A stretch of DNA of 64,000 nt from Pricia sp. (GCF_041745955.1 NZ_JBGTHY010000538.1:148-64147), one strand, 5' to 3'; positions 1-8,977 are shown, counted from the stretch's first letter. The notes: generated from the letters alone by a model not told the origin. Numbers and translations: made by a program.

Positions 1-434
1 AAAGCAGTGGCACAATTGGCAGTGTCAATGATTTTCTGAACATCACTTTCGTCTCTTGATAGAAAAAGGTCTACATCAAAAGCGTCAATAAAAGGGGCAA
101 GTGGTTCTCCTCCTGAAAAAGCACATCTTGTTATTGGTAGTTTGAAATGTTCAATAGCCTTTAAAACTCTTACACCAGTTTCGGGACTGTTTCTTGACAT
201 AACTACAACCTCCACAATTGGCTCTTTTTTGTCTACATGTTTGTTAAGTTTAAGTAATGCTTCAACCAATGGGAAAGCAGTTCCTTTTTCTAATAGTTTG
301 TTCTCATTTGCCAACTGATATTCTCGAAAGCCCCGGATATTTTTTTCTCTAAATATCTGTTCCTCTTTTTCCAAATTGAAAAGAGCTCTTGAGGAAACTC
401 CAACCACTAATATTTTTGAAAAGTCAAGTGGCAT
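1..434 (-). CDS. 5'-nucleotidase, PF06189-type (cytosolic cN-I-like); 3' part outside the window
   Basis: Manual translation from ATG at 434: MPLDFSKILVVGVSSRALFNLEKEE...GTAFPLVEALLKLN...VEVVVMSRNSPETGVRV...FSGGEPLAPFIDAFDVDLFLSRDESDVQ. SSRALF and SRNS motifs are typical of this family. Not in the ORF track. Confidence 0.85.
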   Translation of the reverse strand, partial: MPLDFSKILVVGVSSRALFNLEKEEQIFREKNIRGFREYQLANENKLLEKGTAFPLVEALLKLNKHVDKKEPIVEVVVMSRNSPETGVRVLKAIEHFKLPITRCAFSGGEPLAPFIDAFDVDLFLSRDESDVQKIIDTANCATA

Positions 435-838
435 TTATTTGTTTTATCTAGTCGGTTATTAATTTGGTATAGGGTACACATTCGGTGAGGTCCAGAATTA
501 AATAATTTGGAACTCATTAAACGACCAAAATAGGCAAAGCCGTTCAGTTTAGCAATTAAGTACATAGGGGAATTCAGAATTTTATTATTAATCTGGGAAT
601 TAAATATTTCCTAGGTATATTAGATTGCTTGCCACTTCTTTTTTCTAAGTTCACATTCTTATTTAGGTAGATTGAGTTTTGGATTGATTTTATTTTTGTA
701 AACTTAAAGTTTAAGATCAGTTCAGTCTGCAGAACGTTTTTAAAATTGTAGTTGTTCGCAAATTCATTTCTAATGCTTTTGGGAGAGTTAAATGATTTTA
801 TCCCAAATCTTACCATAATTACTTACCTGCGCACGGAT

Positions 839-905
839 CCTGTCCGGTTTTTGTAGCGTTCCGGCAGATAAGCGTGAAGCAAAAACCGGATAGGGCGCAC
901 CCTAT
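839..905. repeat. Inverted repeats at the end of the mob operon
   Basis: CCTGTCCGGTTTTTG (839-853) pairs with CAAAAACCGGATAGG (880-894), 1 mismatch. Overlapping hairpin ATAGGG-cgca-CCCTAT (890-905). Confidence 0.7.
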
Positions 906-1375
906 TTTTGATTTGGAACACTATCTTTTTCCTGTAACCATTTTTGATATGTTTTATAATGTTCTGGGTACTGATCAAAATATCCTCGCAAACTGGATAT
1001 TACCTGTTGCTCCCCTTCTCCAAAGGCCTTTTCCCGGATATCATCGATTCGTGATACCTTGAAGGACAGATAGCCTAAAATGATCAGGGAAACGATCCAA
1101 ATCGAATAGTGCAACCATAGCTTTGCTTTCGGAATCAAGCTGGCTTTGGAAATACGTTCCCCCATTTTTTGGATCAAGCCGTTAAGTTGGGAGATTCTGA
1201 CCTTTTCCGAGGTAAGATGTTCCCGGAGCATGGACTCCATTTCTCTGGTGTCCGGCTTTATATTGATATTTTCCACGTTTTCCGTCAGCCGCTCCAACCT
1301 TTCCACGGCCTTGTTGAACCCGTCCAGCTCATCACTGAGCAGTTCCATTACCTCGTCCAATTTCTTGTATCCCAT
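902..1375 (-). CDS. DUF6730-like mobilization-associated coiled-coil/TM protein
   Basis: 157 aa; KLDEVMELLSDELDGF N-terminus, one TM segment; lies directly after the relaxase. Confidence 0.65.
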   Translation of the reverse strand: MGYKKLDEVMELLSDELDGFNKAVERLERLTENVENINIKPDTREMESMLREHLTSEKVRISQLNGLIQKMGERISKASLIPKAKLWLHYSIWIVSLIILGYLSFKVSRIDDIREKAFGEGEQQVISSLRGYFDQYPEHYKTYQKWLQEKDSVPNQK

Positions 1376-1386
1376 AGCTTCTTTTC

Positions 1387-2256
1387 TTAATATCCAATTC
1401 CCGTATCGATTGATTTTTTGATCGTTTTCTTGATCAAGTTTTTAGCTATACTGGTAGCAAGGTTGGTGCTCATTTCCACGGTTTTTTCCAGTAGCCGGAC
1501 CGATTTGCCCACCTCTTTTGGTTTTGCCATCCCCCAATTCTGAGAAAGTTGTCCCATTATTTTTCCTCCCGATATGGAGCGGTGCACCTCGCTGGCCTTG
1601 AAATTGTGGCCTTGGTATCCGAACCGGAATCCCTGTAACCTGTTTGCCCTGTTGATGCTTGGGATTACTTCTACGTTCCGCGCTTTCATTGCCTTCATAT
1701 AACCGTCTAGGGTTTTCGGCCTTTGGTTCTCCATCACCCTCTGGTGAATGTTCTTTATTTCGAGACGTATATGTATTGAATCCAGTTCCTTTTCCAATTG
1801 CACCTCCCTGGCCGTGGTCAGTCCCATTTCCTTGGCCACGTTTTCGGCGGCCAGTTGGCTCCGCTTCCCTATAAAACTGTCGTTATAGGCCTTCCCGTCA
1901 AAGCCTATCCGGTTGACATAAAGGTGCACATGGGTGTGGGCCTTGTCCCTATGCACAAAGGCGATGGCCTGCCGTTCCTTCAGTTGCATTTCTTTAATGA
2001 ATTTTTGGGTCAGTTCCTTTAGTTTTTCCTTGGTCAGGTTCCTGCCATCCTCCCGTGTGGGGCTGAGTACGAAGCTCAGGGTGTTCTTTTGGCAGCGCGC
2101 ATTCTGCTCTTGGATGATCTTGAACTCCTCGGTTATCTGTTTGGCATCGTTGCCCGCCAGATGTTGGCTGTAGACCACCTCTGCATCTTTCTCCTGGTTC
2201 CAGCCGTAGCCTATGGATGCACCGGTGTGCGCTATGGATCTTCCCTTGCCTATCAT
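1387..2256 (-). CDS. Relaxase/mobilization nuclease
   Basis: N-terminal Tyr, SFVLSP motif and HUH motif HRDKAHTHVHLYVNRI. Confidence 0.92.
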   Translation of the reverse strand: MIGKGRSIAHTGASIGYGWNQEKDAEVVYSQHLAGNDAKQITEEFKIIQEQNARCQKNTLSFVLSPTREDGRNLTKEKLKELTQKFIKEMQLKERQAIAFVHRDKAHTHVHLYVNRIGFDGKAYNDSFIGKRSQLAAENVAKEMGLTTAREVQLEKELDSIHIRLEIKNIHQRVMENQRPKTLDGYMKAMKARNVEVIPSINRANRLQGFRFGYQGHNFKASEVHRSISGGKIMGQLSQNWGMAKPKEVGKSVRLLEKTVEMSTNLATSIAKNLIKKTIKKSIDTGIGY

Positions 2257-2260
2257 CCCT

Positions 2261-2557
2261 TTATTTTTTGAAGTTGTACAAATGTTTCCTAATCTGTTCC
2301 GCCAGTTGTGCTACCTCGTTGGCCAGTCTAGGGTTCCGCTTTTTGAACATATTGCCGATACTGGTAAAGTTGTTCTTGTACTTGACCAAGGTTCTGTAAC
2401 ATTCCAGTTGCTCTTTGGTAAGTCGTTCGATGACCGAGTTGCCAAAAGCGGAGCTGCGGCAGTATTCCGAAAGACTAATACCTGCCCGCTTCGCCTTTTT
2501 TTTGAGCAGCTTCTTTTCGTAGATGGAACATCTGAACTTGATGTAGGTCCTTTTCAT
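2261..2557 (-). CDS. mobC: MobC/MbpA-type relaxosome accessory protein
   Basis: MKRTYIKFRCSIYEKKLLKKKAKRAGISLSEYCR (ribbon-helix-helix). ATG at 2557 overlaps the primase stop (ATGA). Confidence 0.85.
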   Translation of the reverse strand: MKRTYIKFRCSIYEKKLLKKKAKRAGISLSEYCRSSAFGNSVIERLTKEQLECYRTLVKYKNNFTSIGNMFKKRNPRLANEVAQLAEQIRKHLYNFKK

Positions 2558-3513
2558 TTCCTTTTGATTTTGCGACCATCGGGAGCAAAGCAAGATCGTT
2601 TTTGTGGTAACAAAAACACATCTTGAATTCCCTGCCCGATTAAATCTATTGTACTGCCCATGAGCCATTCGTTCATATCCTTAAAATCCTCGTAAAGGGT
2701 TGATCTATCCTTACAGTACTCGGAATGCCCTATCAATTTCTGGGTGATTCGTTTACCGGTTCTGTCATTGTCCAGGTAGAGTTCGATACTGGAATAGCCC
2801 TCAATTATGTTCTTTGCTTTTTGAAAGAATGCCGTGGAGTTCAGTACAAAGAAGTCATATTCGGTTCCTAATTTTTCATTGCTTTCCAGAATCGATAATA
2901 GGTCGAACATGCCTTCCGTTACAATGAGTTTGGTATAGTCCTTTTTGATATGGGTAACATCTTTTGGCGAGCTGGAATTCTTCATGTACTTGTTACGTAG
3001 TTCCCATCCCCCTGAATCGTTCTTCAATCCAATGGCGAAATAGTTTTTTTCATTGAACCTGTAATGGACTTCCCTTATATATTTTAAGGCGGTTCTCGGT
3101 TCAATATTTCGCGATTTCAAATAACTTTTCAATGCTGGATGAGCCAGCTCTTTGACAGCTATGATTTCGATTTTGGTATCCTTTTCTTCCTTCTCAAAAA
3201 TAGGTTGCTGTTGAAAAGAAAAAGAGATTTGATGTTCTGCAATTATTCTCAAAACTTCCCTTACCGAGCATTTGGTGATCAGGCATACCAGGTCGATGAC
3301 GTTCCCGCCCTTTCCCGCCCCGTGGTCGTACCACCTATTAAGTTCCTTGGACACCTTGAAAGAGGCTTGGGCCTCGGGCCGGAAAGGACTGAGGAACCAA
3401 GCTTCTTTCTCCGTTGACTTGGTAGGAAAGTGCCCGAGTTTTGCCAGCGCCCTTTCGATGGGAAAAGCTCGGGCTCTTTCGCACGATAGTTTGTTAGTTC
3501 TTTTTCTTTTCAT
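2554..3513 (-). CDS. DnaG-like TOPRIM primase of the mobile element
   Basis: SPFRPEAQASF...WYDHGAGKGGNVIDL zinc-finger-like region; TEGMFD and YLDNDRTG TOPRIM motifs. Confidence 0.88.
   Translation of the reverse strand: MKRKRTNKLSCERARAFPIERALAKLGHFPTKSTEKEAWFLSPFRPEAQASFKVSKELNRWYDHGAGKGGNVIDLVCLITKCSVREVLRIIAEHQISFSFQQQPIFEKEEKDTKIEIIAVKELAHPALKSYLKSRNIEPRTALKYIREVHYRFNEKNYFAIGLKNDSGGWELRNKYMKNSSSPKDVTHIKKDYTKLIVTEGMFDLLSILESNEKLGTEYDFFVLNSTAFFQKAKNIIEGYSSIELYLDNDRTGKRITQKLIGHSEYCKDRSTLYEDFKDMNEWLMGSTIDLIGQGIQDVFLLPQKRSCFAPDGRKIKRK
2572..2625. other. Putative oriT
   Basis: Imperfect inverted repeat CAAGAT-c-GTTTTTGT ggta ACAAAAAC-ac-ATCTTG (2591-2625) next to GCGACCATCGGGAGC, immediately upstream of mobC. 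Confidence 0.55.
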
Positions 3514-3535
3514 CAGCTTAATTTTTGTAATTCCT

Positions 3536-3721
3536 CCTACCTTCCCGACCGGCCCAATGATTATAGGGCTTTTGGCTTAGGTTAGATAAGTTTTCAATGT
3601 TACCTATCCTACCTGTTAGGTAGGTTAGGTAACCCTTAGGTAAGATGGGAGTTCTACATCCTACCTAAGCAGATGCCCCATTCCCATTTGTTTTCTTTTC
3701 CATTAGGTAACTTGGTAGGTA
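3536..3721. repeat. Iteron-like TAGGTA/CCTACC array with a 16-bp inverted repeat (candidate replication origin)
   Basis: GTTACCTATCCTACCT gtt AGGTAGGTTAGGTAAC (3599-3633, 1 mismatch), plus scattered TAGGTA/CTACC copies between virE and the primase gene. Confidence 0.7.
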
Positions 3722-4924
3722 TTATTCCCTTTTTTTCGGAAGTTCCATTTCCCAAGGGATGTCCGTAAAAAGCGGTTTGGCCAGATAGCCGTACAGGTGC
3801 CGTTTGGGATGTTTCACTTTCTGGAACCCGAACCCGGCCAGCGCACGTCCGATATTTATATGGTTCAAGCGCAGGTTGAGGCAGCCCGTTGCGACCATCA
3901 CATCTGATGCCGTCCTGAAGTCCTTCATGTCGGTCGACTTCTCGTAGTACTTGGCAATGACCTCTTGCTCCGAGGTCAGCTTGGTGTATCTCTTGTTGCG
4001 CTCCTCGTTTTCCCGGATATCCCTGATGGACAGCTCGGGATCGAAATTGGGGTCTGAATAGGCCAGATGGTAGGCCTGCGACCATACCCCGCTGATATCG
4101 GTTTCCTTGGAATACCCAAAATCGATCTGCCCTTTCAGTTCAAAACAAAGCCAGCGGACCGAACCTGTCTCGTCGTTCAGGAAGGAGGACATGTTGGTAC
4201 TTCCCATAAAGGAGCATATCCTTGTCAGGGTCGTGTTCTTTCGGTCATAGGGCAACCTTTCGTTTATAAAGGTCTTGGAGAAAAAGGATTTCAAGGCATT
4301 AACATCCTTTTTGGAAAGTACGGCCAGCTCGTCAAGATTGTACAGAAAGTTCCGGCAGAGCTGTATCCGTGCGTCCTTGTCGTTACTTATATCCTCGGCC
4401 ATGTACTCCGCCAGTTGGGGCGGACAGAGAAATCGGCACCAAGTGGATTTTCCGGAGTTCTGGCCTTGATGGGACAGTACAAAGGCCTGTTTGTTGAAAT
4501 AGTTGTGTTCCAGAGCGCATTTGATCGTCCGCACCAACCATTTTTTGAAGTGGTAATTGAACGCCTCTTTCTCATAGGTCGGTACATAGGATGCCAGTTC
4601 GAGGATATAATCTTTCCCGTCCCATTTGGCCAAGTTTTCAAAGTATTCCCTGATGGGATTGTGTTTGGGTATCCATTCCGAACGGATAAGGATCTCCAGT
4701 TTCCCTGTCGGGATATCGACCCCTGCCTTTGCCAGTTCGATGATCAGGGAGTTCAGGTTCAGGTATTGCCATTTCTTGGAGTCTTTAAGGGCAATCTGAA
4801 AGTCATGGGAGATCTCGTTGTACGTAATGTCATACTTGGCCTCCAGATATTCCATGGTATAGTCGTATACCGTCTTTTTCTTGGGATCCGCTACATCGTA
4901 GAGTCCCGGAATAGTATTTGTCAT
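3722..4924 (-). CDS. VirE/VapE-family P-loop ATPase (putative helicase)
   Basis: Walker A QGQNSGKST, Walker B YNLDEL, RLPYDR and DETGSVRWL motifs. Confidence 0.88.
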   Translation of the reverse strand: MTNTIPGLYDVADPKKKTVYDYTMEYLEAKYDITYNEISHDFQIALKDSKKWQYLNLNSLIIELAKAGVDIPTGKLEILIRSEWIPKHNPIREYFENLAKWDGKDYILELASYVPTYEKEAFNYHFKKWLVRTIKCALEHNYFNKQAFVLSHQGQNSGKSTWCRFLCPPQLAEYMAEDISNDKDARIQLCRNFLYNLDELAVLSKKDVNALKSFFSKTFINERLPYDRKNTTLTRICSFMGSTNMSSFLNDETGSVRWLCFELKGQIDFGYSKETDISGVWSQAYHLAYSDPNFDPELSIRDIRENEERNKRYTKLTSEQEVIAKYYEKSTDMKDFRTASDVMVATGCLNLRLNHINIGRALAGFGFQKVKHPKRHLYGYLAKPLFTDIPWEMELPKKRE

Positions 4925-4935
4925 AGCGCTGCTGT

Positions 4936-5226
4936 TTATCTTTTGTTTTTAGCGAGCTGTTCATTGAACTGTCGTTCCAGAAATTCGTCGGATAGATTGG
5001 GTTCCCCCAGGAGCCATGAGTCGATTTCCTCTTTGTTGAAGAAAAGTTGACGAATGTGTTTGTTATTCCCTGTCGGAATCAGCTTTAATTGGGAGAGCTT
5101 GTAGATTTTGCTCTTGGACAACCCGGTATACTTAACAAGGTCATCGATATTAAATACTTTTTTGGTGTGGGAAAGCAGGCCTTTAATATCCTGTAGTAAG
5201 TCCACAACATTTTCTTGCTCATTCAT
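4936..5226 (-). CDS. AlpA/excisionase-like HTH protein
   Basis: VFNIDDLVKYTGLSKSKIYKL...LFFNKEEIDSWL. Confidence 0.85.
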   Translation of the reverse strand: MNEQENVVDLLQDIKGLLSHTKKVFNIDDLVKYTGLSKSKIYKLSQLKLIPTGNNKHIRQLFFNKEEIDSWLLGEPNLSDEFLERQFNEQLAKNKR

Positions 5227-5383
5227 AATCTTTGGATTTAAAATTAATTATGAGTAAAAGGCCTTTTACATTGATTGTACGCAGCAAACATATGACGGCA
5301 GATGCCGTAAAAGCAATAGGGAAATGACGATTGCTGGTGGATTGCTGTATATTTTCTTTATAAAATTGAAGTGGTGCAAATTT

Positions 5384-6064
5384 TTATGAAATACCCAATG
5401 CTTTTGCGATGTCCTTACGCGCTTCGTCGTAACGACCATCCTTCGTAGCCGTGCGCCATTTGGAGTAACTGGAGGGAAGTGTACTTGGATTGATTTCGGA
5501 TTCTTCGAACGTAAACCGCTCCAAAATGAGCATGTTCAAAGACTCCTTGGGTGTCATATCCATATCGGAAATCCCTTTGCGTACAATGAGATCCAAAAAA
5601 GTAAATATAAATCGGACATTCCCCGGTTGTTTGCTCTTTGGAGTTTCCCTTACGACAATCCTTTGCTCTGCCGGTAGTCCGTTGATCAATCTGAGAAGGT
5701 TCTCTACATCCCCATCATCAAAATCAAAAAAACCGATATCGATTCTGGATTTAGATAGCGGGACAAATGAAAAACCCTGAACATTATTTTGAAATAGCTT
5801 CTCGGATTCGAACCACGTAATCACCAGCACTATCGAAACACCAAACAATAGTGTTACAAAAATGTAGCTAGCTACAATCTGAACAATCGAATACGTGATA
5901 CCGGAAAACAGAAAATAAAGGGTCAACGGTACTATTGCAAATAGCAGTATAAGGAAAAAGGAAAGTCTGTTCGTAGTCAGGGAGCCGTATTTTAGCGAAA
6001 GCAATTTTAGCTCCCTTCTGCTTTGATACAGCCACTTAGCCAATATTTCGCTCAACTTTTCCAT
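5384..6064 (-). CDS. Hypothetical protein with two N-terminal TM helices
   Basis: 226-aa ORF with two hydrophobic stretches; first gene of the island. Confidence 0.65.
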   Translation of the reverse strand: MEKLSEILAKWLYQSRRELKLLSLKYGSLTTNRLSFFLILLFAIVPLTLYFLFSGITYSIVQIVASYIFVTLLFGVSIVLVITWFESEKLFQNNVQGFSFVPLSKSRIDIGFFDFDDGDVENLLRLINGLPAEQRIVVRETPKSKQPGNVRFIFTFLDLIVRKGISDMDMTPKESLNMLILERFTFEESEINPSTLPSSYSKWRTATKDGRYDEARKDIAKALGIS

Positions 6065-6106
6065 TAATTTAAGATAGGATTAAATAGAGTAAAATGGAAA
6101 AATAAA

Positions 6107-6127
6107 ATGTTGTACCTATGTTGTACC
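6107..6127. repeat. Tandem 10-bp direct repeat (integrase arm-type site candidate)
   Basis: ATGTTGTACC t ATGTTGTACC, about 50 bp from the tRNA 3' end. Confidence 0.6.
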
Positions 6128-6132
6128 CAGCC

Positions 6133-6167
6133 AAAAAAGAAAGGCCCCGCATTTCTGCGAGGCCTTT
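6133..6167 (-). terminator. Intrinsic terminator downstream of tRNA-Asn
   Basis: AAAGGCCcCGCA tttc TGCGaGGCCTTT stem followed by a T-tract on the minus strand. Confidence 0.75.
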
Positions 6168-6178
6168 ACTGGCGGGGG

Positions 6179-6252
6179 CTCCTCCTCTTGGGCTCGAACC
6201 AAGGACCCTCTGATTAACAGTCAGATGCTCTAACCAACTGAGCTAAGGAGGA
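6179..6252 (-). tRNA. tRNA-Asn (GTT), CCA not encoded
   Basis: TCCTCCTTAGCTCAGTTGGTTAGAGCATCTGACTGTTAATCAGAGGGTCCTTGGTTCGAGCCCAAGAGGAGGAG; promoter-like TATATTTG upstream (~6315-6322). Confidence 0.97.
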
Positions 6253-6358
6253 ATTTAAGTTTTCCCTCTTGGGCTTCTGCCCTTTAAAACTGCCAAAAGT
6301 GGCGCAAGAGGGTGCAAATATAATCGTTTTTTTAATTGTCCCAAATAATTTTCACTTC

Positions 6359-7717
6359 CTATTTATCCGTTAGCCACCGATAAAGGTCATTGCCATTGGC
6401 GAAGAGCACCAAGGCCAGCAATAAAAAGAAACCGATCATTTGGGCATATTCCAAAAATTTGTCACTGGGCGTTCTGCCGGTAACCATTTCATAGAGCAGA
6501 AACATAACATGACCGCCATCGAGCGCAGGTATTGGCAAAAGGTTCAGTACGGCCAACATTATGGATAAAAATGCCGTGGTGTTCCAAAACACCTGCCAAT
6601 CCCACACATCGGGGAACAGACCTCCAATCGCAGCGAAGCCACCGACACCTTTGTATGCCCCCGTATCGGGATTGAAAATTTTCTTGAGTTGCTTTAAATA
6701 GCCGGAAACCGTACTGACCCCTTTATTCACACCGGCAGGTATGGATTCCAAAAAAGTATACTTTTTTGTCTCGATCTTGAACAATCCCCTTTTAGCATAG
6801 TCTTCCAAGGTCAGGCCTCCGATAGCCAGCCCGAGCATTCCATCTTCATCGACCTTTGCTTCCAGTTCTTTGGATGAACCGTCGGCGCGTTTGATGGTCA
6901 AATCTATGGTGCCGCCTTTGTTGTTTTCAAGTATCGGCATGATTTGGTCTCTATACTCGACCTTTTGGCCGTTCACGGCAACAACTTCGTCAAGTTCTTC
7001 GAATCCCGTATCACGGTTCGGAGAGTCCTCAGGTACTTCTGCGATGACAAAAGGCTGTCTAAAACTGATAAACCGAATCTTATCGGTATCATCGATAAGG
7101 GTGGAGATAAAATCTACCGGCATTTGGTTTTCAATAGTCTGCCCATCCCTTTCGATAGTGATGGTGTTGCCATTGACGATTTCCATCAGAATGCTTCCGA
7201 ATTCCCGGACTGGATTTCCGTCTACCGCAAGTATCTTATCCCCGGTCCGGATTCCGATCTTATCGCCAAGTTCCTTTTCCGTAACAGCTACGCCATCCTT
7301 TAAACTATCCGCACGAATATATTGTTCACCATAGGCATAGGCTAGTCCGACATAAATAATGAAGGCTAAAATAAAGTTTACGCTGACACCACCTATCATA
7401 ATGATCAAACGCTGCCAGGTCGGTTTGCTGCGGAACTCCCATTCCTTGGGGGCTGACTTCATCGCATCGGTATCCATACTCTCGTCGATCATTCCGGCGA
7501 TCTTTACGTAGCCGCCCAATGGAAGCCAGCCGATGCCATAAACGGTCTCCCCTATTTTCTTTTTGAACAGGGAAAATTTGATATCAAAGAAAAGATAGAA
7601 TTTCTCGACCCGGGTCTTGAAAAGTTTTGCGGGAATAAAATGCCCCAATTCATGGAGCACGATAAGCAACGATAGGCTTAAAAAAAATTGTGTGGTCTTG
7701 ATCAGTATGGGATCCAT
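6359..7717 (-). CDS. rseP: RIP metalloprotease RseP
   Basis: HELGH motif, PDZ domains and NLLPIPALDGGH. Confidence 0.96.
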   Translation of the reverse strand: MDPILIKTTQFFLSLSLLIVLHELGHFIPAKLFKTRVEKFYLFFDIKFSLFKKKIGETVYGIGWLPLGGYVKIAGMIDESMDTDAMKSAPKEWEFRSKPTWQRLIIMIGGVSVNFILAFIIYVGLAYAYGEQYIRADSLKDGVAVTEKELGDKIGIRTGDKILAVDGNPVREFGSILMEIVNGNTITIERDGQTIENQMPVDFISTLIDDTDKIRFISFRQPFVIAEVPEDSPNRDTGFEELDEVVAVNGQKVEYRDQIMPILENNKGGTIDLTIKRADGSSKELEAKVDEDGMLGLAIGGLTLEDYAKRGLFKIETKKYTFLESIPAGVNKGVSTVSGYLKQLKKIFNPDTGAYKGVGGFAAIGGLFPDVWDWQVFWNTTAFLSIMLAVLNLLPIPALDGGHVMFLLYEMVTGRTPSDKFLEYAQMIGFFLLLALVLFANGNDLYRWLTDK

Positions 7718-7921
7718 CTAAATTATCTAGGTTTAAAGCGAACACAGAGGTTTTTCACCAATAGTCCCGTTTTTTGAATTCAGCGCACAAAAGTACGCTT
7801 TTAGCACCGCTTAGAAAAAAAAGTAGATTACGGCCATCCGTTTTTAAGAAACATTTGGCAGCAACGGTTTTCATCACTCTTGAACGCCACCCTTTACTAA
7901 CGTATCTTTGCCAAAAAGAAT

Positions 7922-8605
7922 ATGCGCACGTTTTTCGCGAAATACCGTCTTTTCGGGATTGTGTTCTTCTGCCTTTGTGGGGTAATCGTGTATCTTTTCT
8001 ACGAGGCCTTACAGCCCCAGAAATTGCTGACCATCTACCAGCCTTCCATGGTGAATCCAGAATTGGTGGATAGTACCTTGCAGTACAAGAGAAAATACCA
8101 TACCGTTGCCGACTTTTCCTTGACCAACCAGAACGGGGAAACCGTAACCCAGAAAGATTACAAGGACAAAATTTACATTGCGGATTTTTTCTTTACCACC
8201 TGCCCTACCATTTGCCCGATCATGACCAAGAACATGGTCGATATTCAAGAACGCATCATGAATGACGACGATATTTTGCTATTGTCCCATACCGTTACGC
8301 CGCAAATCGATTCCGTTGCCCAACTCAAGAGGTATGCGCTGGAAAAGGGGGTGGATGATTTGAAATGGAATTTGGTTACCGGGGATAAAAAGCAGATTTA
8401 CGAACTGGCCAGAAAATCGTATTTGGCGGTTAAGGAGGATGGCGATGGAGGCCCTTACGACATGATCCATACGGAAAACTTTATTTTGGTCGACAAGCAA
8501 CGACGAATTCGTGGGTTTTATGACGGCACTAAAAAGGAGGATGTCGAGAAGTTGATTGGAGACCTAAAGATTTTGGAAAACTCGTACTTGGATGGGAAGG
8601 AGTAA
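7922..8605 (+). CDS. SCO family copper chaperone
   Basis: FFFTTCPTICP and HTENFILVD motifs. Confidence 0.93.
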   Translation: MRTFFAKYRLFGIVFFCLCGVIVYLFYEALQPQKLLTIYQPSMVNPELVDSTLQYKRKYHTVADFSLTNQNGETVTQKDYKDKIYIADFFFTTCPTICPIMTKNMVDIQERIMNDDDILLLSHTVTPQIDSVAQLKRYALEKGVDDLKWNLVTGDKKQIYELARKSYLAVKEDGDGGPYDMIHTENFILVDKQRRIRGFYDGTKKEDVEKLIGDLKILENSYLDGKE

Positions 8606-8924
8606 GCGGTAGCGGTTGGCCGCATGACGCCTAAAGGTAAAATAGCTTCCTTGTCATGTCGCAGTCGAGACCTGAACGGTAGTCATTCAAATTAAACTCT
8701 CAGCTTTAGGTAATCTTGGGTGCGGTCAAATGGCTCGAAGCGACACTAATTGCACTTTTTTGTCAGCCCCCATCCCATATTACAGTGCTGACAATTATTT
8801 TGAACCCTATATCATGCGGCCGGACAAACTCTGATATTCCTTACTGCCAACTGCCACTTTCCCCTATATAACCGAATTTTTCCTTTTCCCCGTCAAACAT
8901 CCCATTAATTCAAGATTTTTGCCT

Positions 8925-8958
8925 TAAATTTGCCCTTCCTTATAATAAATCTAAATAA
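8925..8958 (+). promoter_or_regulatory. feo promoter with a Fur-box-like site
   Basis: TAAATTTG -7 element (8925-8932) followed by CCTTATAATAAATCTAAAT (8938-8956), resembling the flavobacterial ATTTAGAATTATTCTAAAT box. Confidence 0.55.
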
Positions 8959-8977
8959 AAATTGTGAAACGATTACG

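Larger units (their letters stand above)
1..6178 (-). mobile_element. Integrative/mobilizable island at the 3' end of tRNA-Asn; left end outside the window
   Basis: Co-oriented HTH, VirE, TOPRIM primase, MobC, relaxase and DUF6730-like genes directly downstream of a tRNA 3' end, followed by AT-rich cargo. Confidence 0.85.

Noticed and set aside
574-816. 80-aa AT-rich ORF in the island
   Set aside because: K/N/I-biased composition and no motif; cannot be supported as a gene.
2558-2668. N-terminal extension of MobC in the ORF track
   Set aside because: Overlaps the primase and oriT-like region; ATG 2557 with ATGA coupling is more plausible.
3536-3721. Possible CRISPR-like array
   Set aside because: Repeats are short, irregular and in both orientations, with no spacers and no cas genes.
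4067-5050. 327-aa plus-strand ORF
   Set aside because: Antisense shadow of virE and the HTH gene; no recognisable motifs.
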